From Tubulanus polymorphus (Eukaryota; Animalia; Nemertea), in contig NC_134028.1 of the NCBI RefSeq assembly GCF_964204645.1, positions 434,001-498,000 on the forward strand: 64,000 bases of DNA. The letters run 5' to 3'. Positions 18,390-32,600 of the stretch are shown piece by piece (positions within the stretch are counted from its first letter, which is position 1; each line of letters starts with the position of its first letter). Made by a program: the position numbers and the translations under genes. The notes below the pieces were generated by a model. The model saw nothing but the letters and a program-made list of their open reading frames with translations, was not told where the DNA came from and did not search any database.

Positions 18390-21300
18390 ACGCAATATCA
18401 AAATGGCGTGCTTTACCGAATTACCATAACACGAAATTAAGCAAAAACCTCACCTAAACATTGCCACCCTCCTTCCCGACCCCTGAAATCAGTATTTCAA
18501 TATTTGGTAAGTGTTTGTAACATTGGTTTAAATGGCGAAAAATATTCCATCTCAGATATTGTGGGAAATCATATTATTTCAGAGTCACATCCTGCAAACA
18601 GTGCACATATGGTGGCGCTCAGTCGAGCATATCGACGTCATTCCATCCTGATATATCTAGACCACGATGGGCTTCACCTCGCTGTTTTGTAATGAATTTG
18701 TTCTAAAATGATTCCATCGACTGATTACATCAAACAGTGAAAACAGTGTAAGTTTATTTCATCTGTCGCTTAACCTATAGGCCTATTAATCGCAGTCCAA
18801 ACATGTGGGACACCAACATCCTCCCATGGGAGGGATTTGAACCTGATGACATCGCTTGCTACACTCAGCCACGGTACGAACCCCTGCCACACTAGACCGG
18901 GTGCGCAGGTACATGCGCAGCTTTACCGCGCGAAATCTTGCGGCACCAAACAGATTGCTCGTTAATCGCTGAGGTTAATTTCACGGAAGAAACTATAAAT
19001 GGGAAAACCCGGGCTCAAATAAAACTAAATTTCTGATTGGCTATTAATGACATCATCTTAGCTGCGCACTCGGTCTAGTGTGGCAGGGTTTCGTACCGTG
19101 GCATTCTGGATGCCATCTGGTTCGAGTTCCTGCCGCAGGAGGATTGATGCCTCTACTTGCCTCCATTCGTCTGTGATATTGATGATGATGATCATCATCG
19201 GTTTCAGAAACAGATAATATTTAAACTGTTCGTTTTTTCATTACTTTCTTGTTTATATTTCATGTTGAACTCTAGATGCAAAACCTAACTGTGGATAGAA
19301 AAACCCCATGAATAAACGAACTGCAGATTTGAGCGAACAATCTAATTTGTAAGTTTGAATTTTAGATTTGATATTTCTGCAGTTATTTCTAAGGAAAGAA
19401 AACAATCTTAGATTTGTCTATTATAGGTATCACTTCAACATGTTCAACGGGAATTTTGATTCAGCACAGGAAAACAAGAATCACTCTTAGATTCAGCACA
19501 GGACAACAAGGAATCAGTGTTTCACAATCAGACTTTTTTGGTTTTGCGCCGGACATCGGGAATCATTCTTGGATTCAGCACAGGACAACAAGGAATCAGT
19601 GTTTTACTACCAGACTTTTTTTTGATTTAGCACAGGACATCGGGAATCACTCTTGGATTCAGCATGACGTCAGGAATCACTATAGCCTATGTGGAAATTC
19701 AAGATAAGTTACATTTATTTATCGGTGGTTGAATTGATTTTAAGGGACTAATTTTATATTGTTTGTTATAAACCATGTTTTGAAATGAAATCTCAGAAAC
19801 CTGTTGCATTTATTCAATCATTTCAAATTTCTTTTGGTGAATATTTGACTATAATCAGTTCATGATTGGGATTGTTATTTCTGTAAGCGGGTTTACAGGT
19901 TTTCTAAATTGTGATCAACTCAAATGTTATTTCTAATCAATATGAAACTGGTTCCTGATGTCAATAATACAACTGTTATCAATCATGTTCCTTCTTGATA
20001 ATCAGATCATGTGTATCTTGAGAGTTAGAATTTCTATAGATTAAACTGCTGTACTTATTTCGTACTGATTGTACAGTTACAGATACATGTAACATTGTGT
20101 ACAGATACTGAGATACAGATCACTGCATTTCTTCATCCTGTGATTGAACAGTGATTTAATGTTCTTTCATCTTCATTAGATTCTCATCCGTCTAACTAAA
20201 ACATCAGAACATTCAACTCACCTAACCACGGGATTTAGGGAGGGTGGGTAGGGTTGGGGGAGGGAAGGGGTAGAGGGAGGGAGGGTTGGGGTGGGGGACG
20301 GTGGGAGGGAAGGGGTCTGGGAGGAAGGGTGGGAGAGATGGGGTGAGGGAGGGCGGGAGGGAAGGGGTGTGGGAGGGAGGGCGGGAGGGAAGGGGTCCGA
20401 GAGGGCAGGAGGGAAGGGGTCTGGGAGGGATGGGGTTTGGGAGGGTGGGAGGGATGTAGGGGTGGTGGTTGGACTTGGGAGGGTGGGAGGGATGTAGGGG
20501 TGGTGTTAGGACTTTGGAGGGAGGGATATAGGGTGGGGCTTTAGGGTTTAGGTACAGGTACAGGTGGTTTAGTCGTAGTTTTAGTCTTGAAGTTCAGGAT
20601 ATTTCAGAAAATGTGTCCCATCTTTTTATTATTCTAAGAAAGGATTAATCATTATGAAACACGTGACTGCAACATGTCATGTTTCAGTTGTTATGCATGA
20701 CAAGCTGTATAAGCATCGGCCAATTGGACTCGTTCTATTTCACTGGTTGTTATTTCTATGAGACCCAGGTTTGATCCCCGGTGAGTGCGCACGTTATTGC
20801 ACCGTCACTTCTCTCAATCGTTATGAGATAATTGCCCCAGATTTTTGAATTGGGACGTTTCAATTTTGAGGGCCATTATTTAATGTGGTCAGGAATGAGA
20901 GATATTTTTTGAATGATCACAAGTTCTGCTCCTTGGCTCCGATCAAAAAACGGTTTCATTAATAATTCAATGAAACAACAATCATACGTAATAATTACTG
21001 TTGATATCTGGCCAGTTACTGATACATTTCCAGCTGAAAGATGTATTTTCTTCTGTGCTATTTTAAAAACGGCTGTAAATACTGAGAACTGTATAGGACG
21101 ACTTAGAAAATTATTGACGAGAGTCGAGATGCAGTCACATTCATCGCTGCTTCCTCTTTTTTCTGCAGATTCCTAGACAGAGACCTACTCTTCATTTTTG
21201 GAAGAAGAGTATAGAACTCATTAGAATAAGTGATATGTTTTGTAATCACTTTTATTGACACACTTCTTCATTTGCCTTCATGGCACAGTATATCACTATT

Positions 21301-24300
21301 CATAGATATCCTTAATAATTACTTATCCTTTTCAAAAAGATGGGACACAATTTCTGAAATAAACTGTACAATTTTTAGGTGGGACAAAGATTGACACGGA
21401 GAGACTATTGTTCTATTATTATATTCATTTTAGAATAGGATAATATTCTATTTCTACCTGTGACTTATAATTCTATTCTAGACAGAATTTAAGGGGCTGC
21501 GAACTAATTATACTTCTATCAGGAAATATTTTACTGAATTTAAAAGCCATAAAAACAAATGATATTCAACCAGATGTAGTTGTAGTTTTTACAGTTAGGC
21601 TACGGCAATCTTCCTACTACAATGAGACTCTGATAAAGCGTGGGGGAGGTGTATCTAGTGTATTTTGCCATTTTTCACGATCATATCAGTTTATGAAAGT
21701 CATTCCATCCTCCGCTGTTATTTAAAATATTATCAGCGCTCGATCAATTTGTCAGTTTATAGCTTTTAGACTTCGATCAATGCATCATTTTCTGATAGAC
21801 TCAAATTAGTCAGAATTATTTCAGACTTTATCAATTAGTCCAAGATTTTGAGCCCATTCAGTGTGAACATAATTCTTCACTTTATTCTAGTGATGAGTGT
21901 TTAGTCCAATTCCCCTATTCAACATATGCAACGCTCAATTTCTCATGTTATTTGCTAATCAAACCAAAGCCATAAAACTGACTTACCTTTAACGAGGGCC
22001 ATGAGCTATATTTACCCTCCGAGGTCACCAAATCAGAACCATAGACCAAACTTTGACTCTTTAGTCACCAAAACAGGGCTATGAACCAAACTTTGACTCT
22101 TTGGTCACTAAACCTGAGCCATGAACCAAACTTTGACTCTTTGGTCACCAAAACAGGGCTATGAACCAAAATTTGACTCTTTGGTCACCAAAACAGAGCT
22201 ATGAACCAAACTTTGACTCTTTGGTCACCAAAACAGAGCTATGAACCAAACTTTGACTCTTTGGTCACTAAACCCGAGCCATGAACCAAACTTTGACTCT
22301 TTGGTCACCAAACCTGGGCTATGAACCAAACTTCGACGCTTAGGTCACCAAACCAAGGCCATAAATGAAAGATTTAACGTTTTTTAAAGTTATTTCTGTT
22401 GCCTTCATGACTCAATATTTGAGAATGGAACAAATGACGTAGTTAATAAAAGATTCATCTGTATCAGTGTTGCTGCTGGTGCTGCTGATGCTGCTGCAGC
22501 TGCTGGTGCAACTAACACAACCTTTTGCTGTTTGTCTCTAAAAGATTAAACTTGATCCCAGTCGGAACGGATGAGAATTTTAGTGAGACGACAAATAAGG
22601 AAAAGCCATATGAAAAAATGTAAAGCGAATGCGTGAATAAAATAAAACAGCATGAAATGCTGATATAAAGAGTGGGGTCCGAGAGCAATTCGAAGGTTTA
22701 GTGTCCTGCACGCTCAGAGGGCGGGCAGGGGTCTATTCCTACCTCGACTCAAGTGCTAAAAGTCAGAGAAAAGAGTAAAAACGAAAAATGGCAAATGAAG
22801 GAAAAATGGCTGGAGTTTGATTTGTTCCACTGGGTTTAAGTGTTAACTTGAAAAGACAATCAAACAGATTATTTATGACGTATATATTTTGCATCAGCAG
22901 TTTAAAAACATTGATTAATAACTTTTATGAATAGGATTCCATAAACTACTTGCTTATATGAAACCTCTAGTAGAGAGTATTGAAATAGTCCACAATGGTT
23001 TCATTTAGTGACGTCATGTTGAATTGGTGAAGCAACATAAATAGCATTAATTGTTTTGATCTCAGCCATCATTCTTGTCCTTGGTTTGTGTTTGCCTTTC
23101 TCACGACATTTTGTGAGTGTGGAGGTTTGGTTCGGGTTTATTTCCTTGGTTCGGGTGAACCTCGGTATACCTCCCCCTCCCTTACAACATTAGGTTCCTC
23201 AGGTTTGGTTTGATGTTTTGTAGATGAAACCTCTACAACTCAAACTCGCATCATTTGATGAAATGAAATCTATTTACAGACGACTGCTGCAACTTGTCGT
23301 GAAACTGAGATATATTGTGAATACTTATTAGAGGGAGTAGAAATAATAGGAATAATGTGATGAAATTGATAAAGAAATCATCTGTAAAAATGAAGCCATG
23401 TGATTTTCAAGACCAACCCAGGCATGTGATCATTTGAGGTCATCTGAATGCCTCCAAAATGTGTGGAGAAAGTATCTGTGATTCCCATCAATGATGCAAT
23501 TGATTAAGGATTTTGATTTATAAATGAAATTGATATGATCGTGAAAAATGGCAAATCGTTTTGTAGTTATTGTACAGATGAGTGGTGTGTGAAGAGGAGA
23601 CAACAGAGTTGAGGAGGCATTGAGGGAGGGCTAGGTGGGAGGGCATTGAGGGTGGGCCAGGTGGGAGGGCATTGAGGGAGGGCCAGGTGGGAGGGCATTG
23701 AGGGAGGGGTCCAGGAGGGCGGGAGGGAAGGGGTCAGGGAGGGCGGGAGGGAAGGGGTTTGGGAGGGCGGGAGGGAAGGAGTCCGGGAGGGAAGGGGTCT
23801 GGGAGGGTCGGGTCGGGAGGTTAGATGAGTTAAAATGTTCTGATGTTTTAGTTAGACGGATGAGAATCTAATGAAGATGAAAGAACATTAAATCACTGTT
23901 CAATCACAGGATGAAGTAATGCAGTGATCTGTACTCTGTATCTGTACACAATGTTACATGTATCTGTAACTGTACAATCAGTATGAAATAAGTACAGCTG
24001 TTTAATCTACAGAAATCCTGTACTGTTTCTGTCTGATTGATTGATAATTTGAGATGTTACATTCTGCGCTATTGTCACTGATTATTGTTTCTTTTTCTTT
24101 TCAGAATGAAATGAATGCAATAGAATTTACTATTTAAACAGGCTCATTTAAGGTAAGTATAAAACTGGTAATGAATTTCTCCACAGAATTCTTCACAGTC
24201 CCTGTTGATATTTTGAATTATTTTTGAACTAAAAATTACTGTTTTACTCTCAGTTACAGGATGAGATACACACCGCAGCAGCAGCAACAGCAGCACTGGC

Positions 24301-26820
24301 AGTAACCGCAGTACCAGCACCATGCAGCAACAGCGCCACCAGCAACAGCACTGGCAGTACCAGCACCATGCAGCAACAGCAGCACTGGCAGTACCTGCAG
24401 TACCAGCACCATGCAGCAACAGCGCCACCAGCAGCTGCAACAGCAGCACTGGCAGTACCCGCAGTACCAGCACCATGCAGCCACAGCGCCACCAGCAGCT
24501 GCAGCAGCAGCACTGGCAGTACCTGCAGTACTAGCACCATGCAGCAACAGCGCCACCAGCAGCGGCAGCAGCAGGTAAAACCTGTTTGGAAATTCATTAT
24601 TTTTAGAGAACTGTTCTATATAAATTATTCGATCTGTTCATGTTTCCAGCATTCAATCACTCAAAGATCACGGCTTAGTTTGATTTGGTGTGAAACTGCT
24701 CTTATTTCATAACAACTTAACTGACAATTTCTAAAATTTGTATTTAGGAGCTGAAATAACTGGAACCCTTGATAGAATCTGTGAACAGTAATCATTGGGA
24801 ATTCACTTCACATTTGTTTAAGATGGACATCGCTTTAGATCCTCAAAACCGATACGGTACCGGTAAATATCTCTACAGATTCTAGTCTCTGTTTGACTGA
24901 ACATTTATAAACTCATTTTCTGATTAGAAGCTACATTAATCAGTGAAGGCGAATTTTCAATCACTTCTATTCTGGTCAAAGTTCGAATCATCAAAATTAT
25001 ACAACTGTTGTATTCTAGGGTCCAAAATAAAGCTGAACTTGCAGTTAACATTGCGCTCCACAAATCAAACAAGTCAGAAGCGGTGAGTTTTATATCGATT
25101 TATTGCAGTAATTTGTGGTGATCTTCAAATCAAGTCCAGAAAATGATGTTTTGATCGGTCAATGTTGGCAGGTATCAACGTTTTACTAGAGGACGCAGTC
25201 TAAAGCTACCATCAAACCTCTCAGAAATCTGCATATACTCAACATATTGTGATAAACTACTCATTAACCCGGTAGGTTTTCTGTCAATTGAATACAAACA
25301 AGTTGCAGTTTCTATCTATTTCATTAACCATTTTCTGGCATAATTTTCTCTTTCCAGAATGCAATACGCCCAACACTTTTTGGAACTGGAGAAATTAAAA
25401 ATATTCACCTTCAAAGAGTAAAGAAGCTCTAGTTGCTGAAGCTGCTGCTATCGTTTTAAGAATTTATTTTCTCAGAAAATCATCAGTTCTCTTAACTTCA
25501 TGACATTATGACTGTTGGAAGTGAAATCCTGCTAGATGGCACTGAACTTATCTGATATGAGTTTAGAAATGGTGAGTATTTCATCACTCCACTGTGCTCT
25601 AATTTCATAATATTCTAACATTTAATTATTCTGTACAGAATTTTTATGTGTGATTCTCCGGGAAGCAGTGCGGCTGATGCTGCTGCAGCTGCTGCTGCTG
25701 CTGCTGCTGCTGCTTAATTCTGCTCAACACAAGTTTGAAAATGATTGATTTTCTAATAGAATTTAGCCCCAATTTCAGACTGCTATAAATACATTACTTA
25801 GTATTTTCATAGTATAATGATTTTTTGCAGCATGAAATTTGTCCAATAGAACAGTTTGAAAAGTGATCATAGATTGAATAATGGTGTTGAATTATCTAGA
25901 ATTATAAGGTGATTATAAATTCTAGTTACCGAATTATGTCATGAAAACAATTCCCACTTGACTGTTAATTCAATCGAACATTTTCTATGTAATATTTTCT
26001 CTATTCTAGGACGAAGTGGGGATCGGGACCAATTTGCCATTTGACAGGGATAGCGACCAACCATCTACCTGGAGCCAAATGAATATTGTTTATCTGTGCC
26101 GACCGGCACGGGCAGCCTACTGTTTGTGATGGTTTGATAGACTGTGTATCACATATCCATAAAAACAATCGAGTCATCCCCTGATTCGTCTCTCAAAGCT
26201 GTGGTGTCATTTTTGCTAATAGAATAATAGCCTGACTCGGGCATAGAATATATAATTTAAACCCTGCTATATGCAAATTTAAAAGGCAAAATTCATTTAT
26301 CAAGAATCAGAATCAAAATAATAAAAGTATAATGAAGAAATAACTAGAACAACCTATACGAACAAAATAACAAAACCTCCCGACCTTAGCACTGAACACT
26401 CGCTTTACTTTCCTAATTAACTTGTTTTTCCCTGTTTTAGTTATTCTTCAGACTTGATGATGGTCTCTACAGAGATTCCAAAATGTTGTCTCTTTTACTT
26501 CTATTAAGTTTCTATATAGTGGGTTTTAGTGAAAATTGAAATTGAAGATTAAATGTAGCTGTAAAGCAGCGATAACTGGTTGCATTAGTTTGTAATTGTT
26601 TGTACCCCACGACCCAGTTTCATTGGTCTGGTTTTGTAAAAAATTGTATGATACACATATTGTATAATGATGTAATATGGACATGTTTTAAGTAACTCAA
26701 TCAATGAAACCATAAAGTTGAAATATCGACAGGTTTTCTTTATTATGTGACTATAATATTTCGTGTGAACTGTTGTTCTGTTTTCTTTGAAATAAAGATG
26801 AATTTTCTGTGTTGTTTTAG
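18390..26820 (+). ncRNA. Putative lncRNA gene, copy 2
   Basis: Same promoter motif (caaaatggcg 18399), first donor at 18507, same splice signals, AATAAA at 26791. Confidence 0.55.
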
Positions 26821-27286
26821 TTGTGATTACAGACGCCAGCAGTTTCACACACACTCAGTGCGTCGCACGTAAATCCCACGGGTTCAGTTTCATAGAAATA
26901 ATTTACTCAAAAAACTTCTCTTTTCGACTTCACCGCCTATATTGATTCATCCTTTCTCTGTGAAACTGTACTCGACGGTATTAAATACTCGCTATTCAGT
27001 GTGCGAAACTGCAGTATCTAAATCTGATTGAAACCCTCGCATCATAAACCAAATCCTACCGAGGGTACGGTTTCACATATACGGATAAGTTATCAAAGAT
27101 CAACAAAAAAGATCTTTTTGTGAGATTTGATCCAGATTAAATTTCTTCACAAATTCAGTTAAAAAATGCATCGTTTTCTGTTGAACTGCGACCCCTGGCG
27201 TCCACTCGAGGAATTCATTTTTTTTTCTTACTCTGGTACGCGAGGGTTTCAATTCGATGGTCCAACTACTATTCTTAAAAGGGCAG

Positions 27287-27503
27287 GGTCCAGTTCCACA
27301 GTTGTTGAGTTAAGATTTAACTCTGGGCCCAGTTTCACAAAAAGGATTAAGGCCTAAATCGATTTAAGATAAACTGAATTAATGAAGAAATTAAACCGAT
27401 TTAAGAGTTAAACCTTTTTGTGAAACTGGGTCCTGGGGTAACTCATTGAAAATGAATTAACTTTAACTCTAAGTTAACTCTAACACAACTGTGGAACTGC
27501 GTC
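27287..27503. mobile_element. Harbinger-like MITE containing a second nested MITE (27326-27432); also 61219-61437 with inner 61258-61364
   Basis: Outer TIR ggtccagttccacagtt / aactgtggaactgggtc. Inner TIR ggcccagtttcacaaaaagg / cctttttgtgaaactgggcc with a CTG target duplication. The empty site ...aaggCAGgtg... is present in copy 3 at ~38126. Confidence 0.85.
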
Positions 27504-28842
27504 CGGGTGTTACATGACAATGAGGAATAAATATAGATAATTGTTGCTGTAAGTCGTGTGTGCGTTATTTAATCATTTTTCGTGGCGGGTTCGAACCCAG
27601 GACACCTGTACATCCTCTATTCAGTATCAAGACCACTCTGAACCAGTATCAGTAATTACTGGTTCGAACCCGGGATACCCCTGTACATCCTCCATTCAAC
27701 ATCAGGACCAATCAGAATCAGTAATTACTTTTGTTAAGATATCAACATTTCACCGTACGGTGCTGCCTCTATGCTCATTGGTAGCGGGATTTTCATACAC
27801 TAACGTTAGTCAACTCTGGCAAGCAAGGGTTACGGAGTATAGCTGGACAGCACGACGATTGCCAGAGTTGACTTCAGTTAGTGTATGGAAATCCCGCTAA
27901 CGATGAGCATAGCGGGAGCACCGTACGGTCGGGAAACCCGTGTACATCCTCCATTCAGCATCAGGACAACTTGGACCACTACTGAGTTCGAACCCGGGAC
28001 ACCCCTGTACATCCTCTAATCAGCATCAGGACCACTCTGAATCAGTATCAGTAATTACTGGTTCTCGAACCCGGGACACAACCCTGTACATCCTCCATTC
28101 AGCATCAGGACAACTTGGACCACTACTCAGTTCGAACCCTGGACACCCCTGTACAAAGACCACTCCGTACCCATTATGACGCGATTAGACACGTGTTCGA
28201 TGGTCGTCCTCATTCAGAAGATGAATTTAATTGTGAAACATGGTCATATCCAGGAATGTTTAAACCCAGCGATCAATGTCTAGAGCGATTTCAACCTAGA
28301 GCGATTTCACCCACCCCGAGTGCTACTTGATAAAAGTTCCTGTGTATCAAGTTTAATCGTAATCGGTCCATTGGGTCAAGAGATATAGACATTCATCCAA
28401 AGCGACACCTATGGAAAAGAGTGGAAATTGTTGCATACCAACCTTAAAATAGATATTGTGGTTTTTATATATATTGAATAATGTCACCAACTCTTTTATT
28501 CATTTAGAAATAAACTACTGTATTGAGCGAAGTATCTTTAAAATAAAGTGGCCTCCACTAGATAAAGCAAATATATGTGTTCAAAATATATAAGTTAGTA
28601 TAGAATCTATTGACCAAAAAACAACCTGAGTCAAACAGATGATCATCGTACTACAAATACCTCGCTTGGCCAAAAATTAGCCCCAACCTGAGGCACTAAC
28701 CCTAAACCTAGATCGACCGTAACCCTAACCCTAGCAGGACTCGAACCTGCGAACTCCAGCATGCCAGCCGAGCACGCTAACCACTAGACCGCTGAGTTCT
28801 GGTGGCTGCCATGGTTTGTGAATATGGTTGGTCAGTGTGGTA

Positions 28843-29020
28843 ACAGGCCAACACTAGGGTTTCGGCGTTTATTAAACAGGCCAACACTAGGGTTTCTACG
28901 TTTATTAAACAGGCCAACACTAGGGTTTCTACGTTTATTAAACAGGCCAATACTAGGGTTTCTACGTTTATTAAACAGGCCAATACTAGGGTTTCTGCGT
29001 TTATTAAACAGGCCAACACT
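28843..29020 (+). repeat. 33-bp VNTR (also 62968-63192; only ~1.5 copies in the other units)
   Basis: Unit caggccaacactagggtttctgcgtttattaaa. Confidence 0.95.
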
Positions 29021-29679
29021 CGTCAGTGTTTGTTTCTTGGTAATTTTTGTGCCCTGGGGCCAGTTCGATGGGCGAAGACTGATTCTATTGGCTAATACAG
29101 TCAAACTAAATCGTTTAATCCGCATCGACCGAATTTTGGTCTAATCCGAATAATATTTACAGTCAATTTAATCATTAATATACACGAAAATGACTTTTAA
29201 TCCGGATTTGCCGTAAAACGGATGAATTTTGTTGGTCCCAATGATCGGAATTAGTGAGATTCTATCATACCATTTACTCTCCTTATATAAAGCTCTAATG
29301 TTGGTACAGTTATTAATTTCTAACAAACTAGTGTTGAGTGATGAATGAAATTTGACTTAAGAAAAATCTGTATTCCTCACATGCCGCAGTAAAATAGCAA
29401 GACTGCATCAAATTACAACCGTTCAGTGCTGCCCCTATGATAGCGGAATTTCTGTGAACTAAAGTAGTAATTACGGAAACCTCGAAACGAATGATTAGAT
29501 TGGTAAAGAGCGTGGTTTTCATTAGAATAAATTCTTTGAATATTGCGTAGAATATAAAACCTAATCTAATCGAAAAGATGCCGAGACCTGCATAGACTGG
29601 TTGCCATTTCTACCTGCGAATACAGGTGGCGGTGACCAGTCTACCGCCGGGAATCCCAATCTGAGGTAGCCTACACTAT

Positions 29680-32600
29680 GACGCAATATCAAAATGGCGT
29701 GCTTTACCATAACACGAAATTAAGCAAAAACCTCTCCTAATACAAACATTGCCACCCTCCTTCCCGACCCCTGAAATCAGTATTTCAATATTTGGTAAGT
29801 GTTTGTAACATTGGTTTAAATGGCGAAAAATATTCCATCTCAGATATTGCGGGAAATCATATTATTTCAGTCACATCCTACAAACAGTGCACATTGACAT
29901 ATGCCATGGTCATGGTGGCGCTCAGTCAAGCATAACGTCATTCCATCCTGATATTTCTAGATCACGATGGGCTTCATCTCGCTGTGTTGTAATGAATTTG
30001 TTCTAAAATGATTCCATCGACTGATTACATCAAACAGTGAAAACAGTGTAAGTTTATTTCATCTGTCGCTTAACCTATAGGCCTATTAATCGCAGTCAAA
30101 CATGTGGGACACCAACATCCTCCCATGGGAGGGATTTGAACCTGATGACATCGCTTGCTACACTCAGCCACGGCACGAACCCCTGCCACACTAGACCGGG
30201 TGCGCAGGTACATGCGCAGCTTTACCGCGCGAAATCTTGCGGCACCAAACAGATTGCTCGTTAATCGCTGAGGTAAATTTCACAGAAGAACTATAAATGG
30301 GAAAACCCGGGCTCAAATAAAACTGAATTTCTGATTGGCTATTAATGACATCATCTAAGCTGCGCGTGTAGCTGCTGCGCACTAGGTCTAGTGTGGCAGG
30401 GTTTCGTACCGTGGCAATCTGGATGCCATCAGGTTCGAGTGCCTGCCGCAGGAGGATTGATGCCTCTACTTGCCTCCATTCGTCTGTGATATTGATGATG
30501 ATGATCATCATCGGTTTCAGAAACAGATAATATTTAAACTGTTCGTTTTTTCATTACTTTCTTGTTTATATTTCATGTTGAACTCTAGATGCAAAACCTA
30601 AACTGTGGATAGAAAAACCCCGTGAATAAACGAACTGCAGATTTGAGCGAACAATCTAATTTGTAAGTTTGAATTTTAGATTTGATATTTCTGCAGTTAT
30701 TTCTAAGGAAAGAAAACAATCTTAGATTTGTCTATTATAGGTATCACTTCGACATGTTCAACGGGAATTTTGATTCAGCACAGGAAAACAAGAATCACTC
30801 TTAGATTCAGCACAGGACAACAAGGAATCAGTGTTTCACAATCAGACTTTTTTGGTTTTGCGCCGGACATCGGGAATCATTCTTGGATTCAGCACAGGAC
30901 AACAAGGAATCAGTGTTTTACTACCAGACTTTTTTTTGATTTAGCACAGAACATCGGGAATCACTCTTGGATTCAGCATGACATCAGGAATCACTATAGC
31001 CTATGTGGAAATTCAAGATAAGTAACATTAATCTTTATTTATCGGTTGTTGAATTAATTTTAAGGGACCAATTTTATATTGTTTGTTATAAACCATGTTT
31101 TGAAATGAAATCTCAGAAACCTGTCACAGTTATTCAATCATTTCAAATTTCTTTTGGTGAATATTTGGCTATAATCAGTTCATGGTTGGGATTGTTATTT
31201 CTGTAAGCGGGTTTACAGGTTTTCTAAATTGTGATCAACTCAAATGTTATTTCTAATCAATATGAAACTGGTTCCTGATGTCAATAATACAACTGTTATC
31301 AATCATGTTCCTTCGTGACAATCAGATCATGTGTATCTTGAGAGTTAGAATTTCTATAGATTAAACTGCTGTACTTATTTCATACTGATTGAACATTTAC
31401 AGATACATGTAACATTGTGTACAGATACAGAGTACAGATCACTGCATTTCTTCATCCTGTGATTGAACAGTGATTTAATGTTCTTTCATCTTCATTAGAT
31501 TCCCATCCATCTAACTAAAACATCAGAACATTTCAACTCATCTAACCACGGGGTTTGGGGAGGGTGGGTAGGGTTGGGGGAAGGGACGGTGGGAGGGAAG
31601 GGGTCTGGGAGGAAGGGCGGGAGGGATGGGGTGAGGGAGGGCGGGAGGGAAAGGGTCCGGGAGGGATGGGGTTTGGGAGGGTGGGAGGGATGTAGGGGTG
31701 GTGGTAGGACTTGGGAGGGTGGGAGGGATGTAGGGGTGGTGGTAGGACTTTGGAGGGAGGGATATAGGGTGGGGCTTTAGGGTTTAGGTACAGGTACAGG
31801 TGGTTTAGTCGTAGTTTTCGTCTTGAAGTTCAGGATATTTCAGAAAATGTGTCCCATCTTTTTATTATTCTAAGAAATGATTAATCATTATGAAACACGT
31901 GACTGCAACATGTCATGTTTCAGTTGTTATGCATGACAAGCTGTATAACCATCGGCCAATTGGACTCGTTCTATTTCACTGGTTGTTATTCCTATGAGAC
32001 CCGGGTTTGATCCCCGGTGAGTGCGCACGTTATTTCACCGTCACTTCTCTCAATCGTTATGAGATAATTGCCCCCAGATTTCTGAATTGGGACATTTCAA
32101 TTTTTAGGGCCATTATTTAATGTTGTCAGGAATGAGAGATATTTTTTGAATGATCACAAGTTCTGCTCCTTGGCTCCGATCAAAACACGGTTTCATTAAT
32201 AATTCAATGAAACAACAATCATACGTAATAATTACTGTTGATATCTGGCCAGTTACTGATACATTTACAGCTGAAAGATGTATTTTCTTCTGTGCTATTT
32301 TAAAAACGGCTGTAAATACTGAGAACTGTATAGGACGACTTAGAAAATTGTTGACGAGAGTCGAGATGCAGTCACATTCATCGCTGCTTCCTCTTTTTTC
32401 TGCAGATTCTTAGACAGAGACCTACTCTTCATTTTTGGAAGAAGAGTATAGAACTCATTAGAATAAGTGATATGTTTTGTAATCACTTTTATTGACACAC
32501 TTCTTCATTTGCCTTCATGGCACAGTATATCACTATTCATAGATATCCTTAATAATTAGTTATCCTTTTCAAAAAGATGGGACATATTTTCTGAAATAAA

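Larger units (their letters stand above)
10931..28150 (+). repeat. Unit A copy 2 (5' part, block B insertion, then a nearly complete unit)
   Basis: 10931-12090 matches unit positions 1-1160. Block B occupies 12093-17307. The unit resumes at ~17308 (ttaggacagtg, unit position ~303) and runs to ~28150. Confidence 0.93.

Noticed and set aside
24144-24712. Gln/Ala/Cys-rich ORFs (also 34960-35461, 58173-58434)
   Set aside because: Products of the CAG-rich VNTR. The unit length is not a multiple of 3, frames differ among copies, and copy 1 has an early stop.
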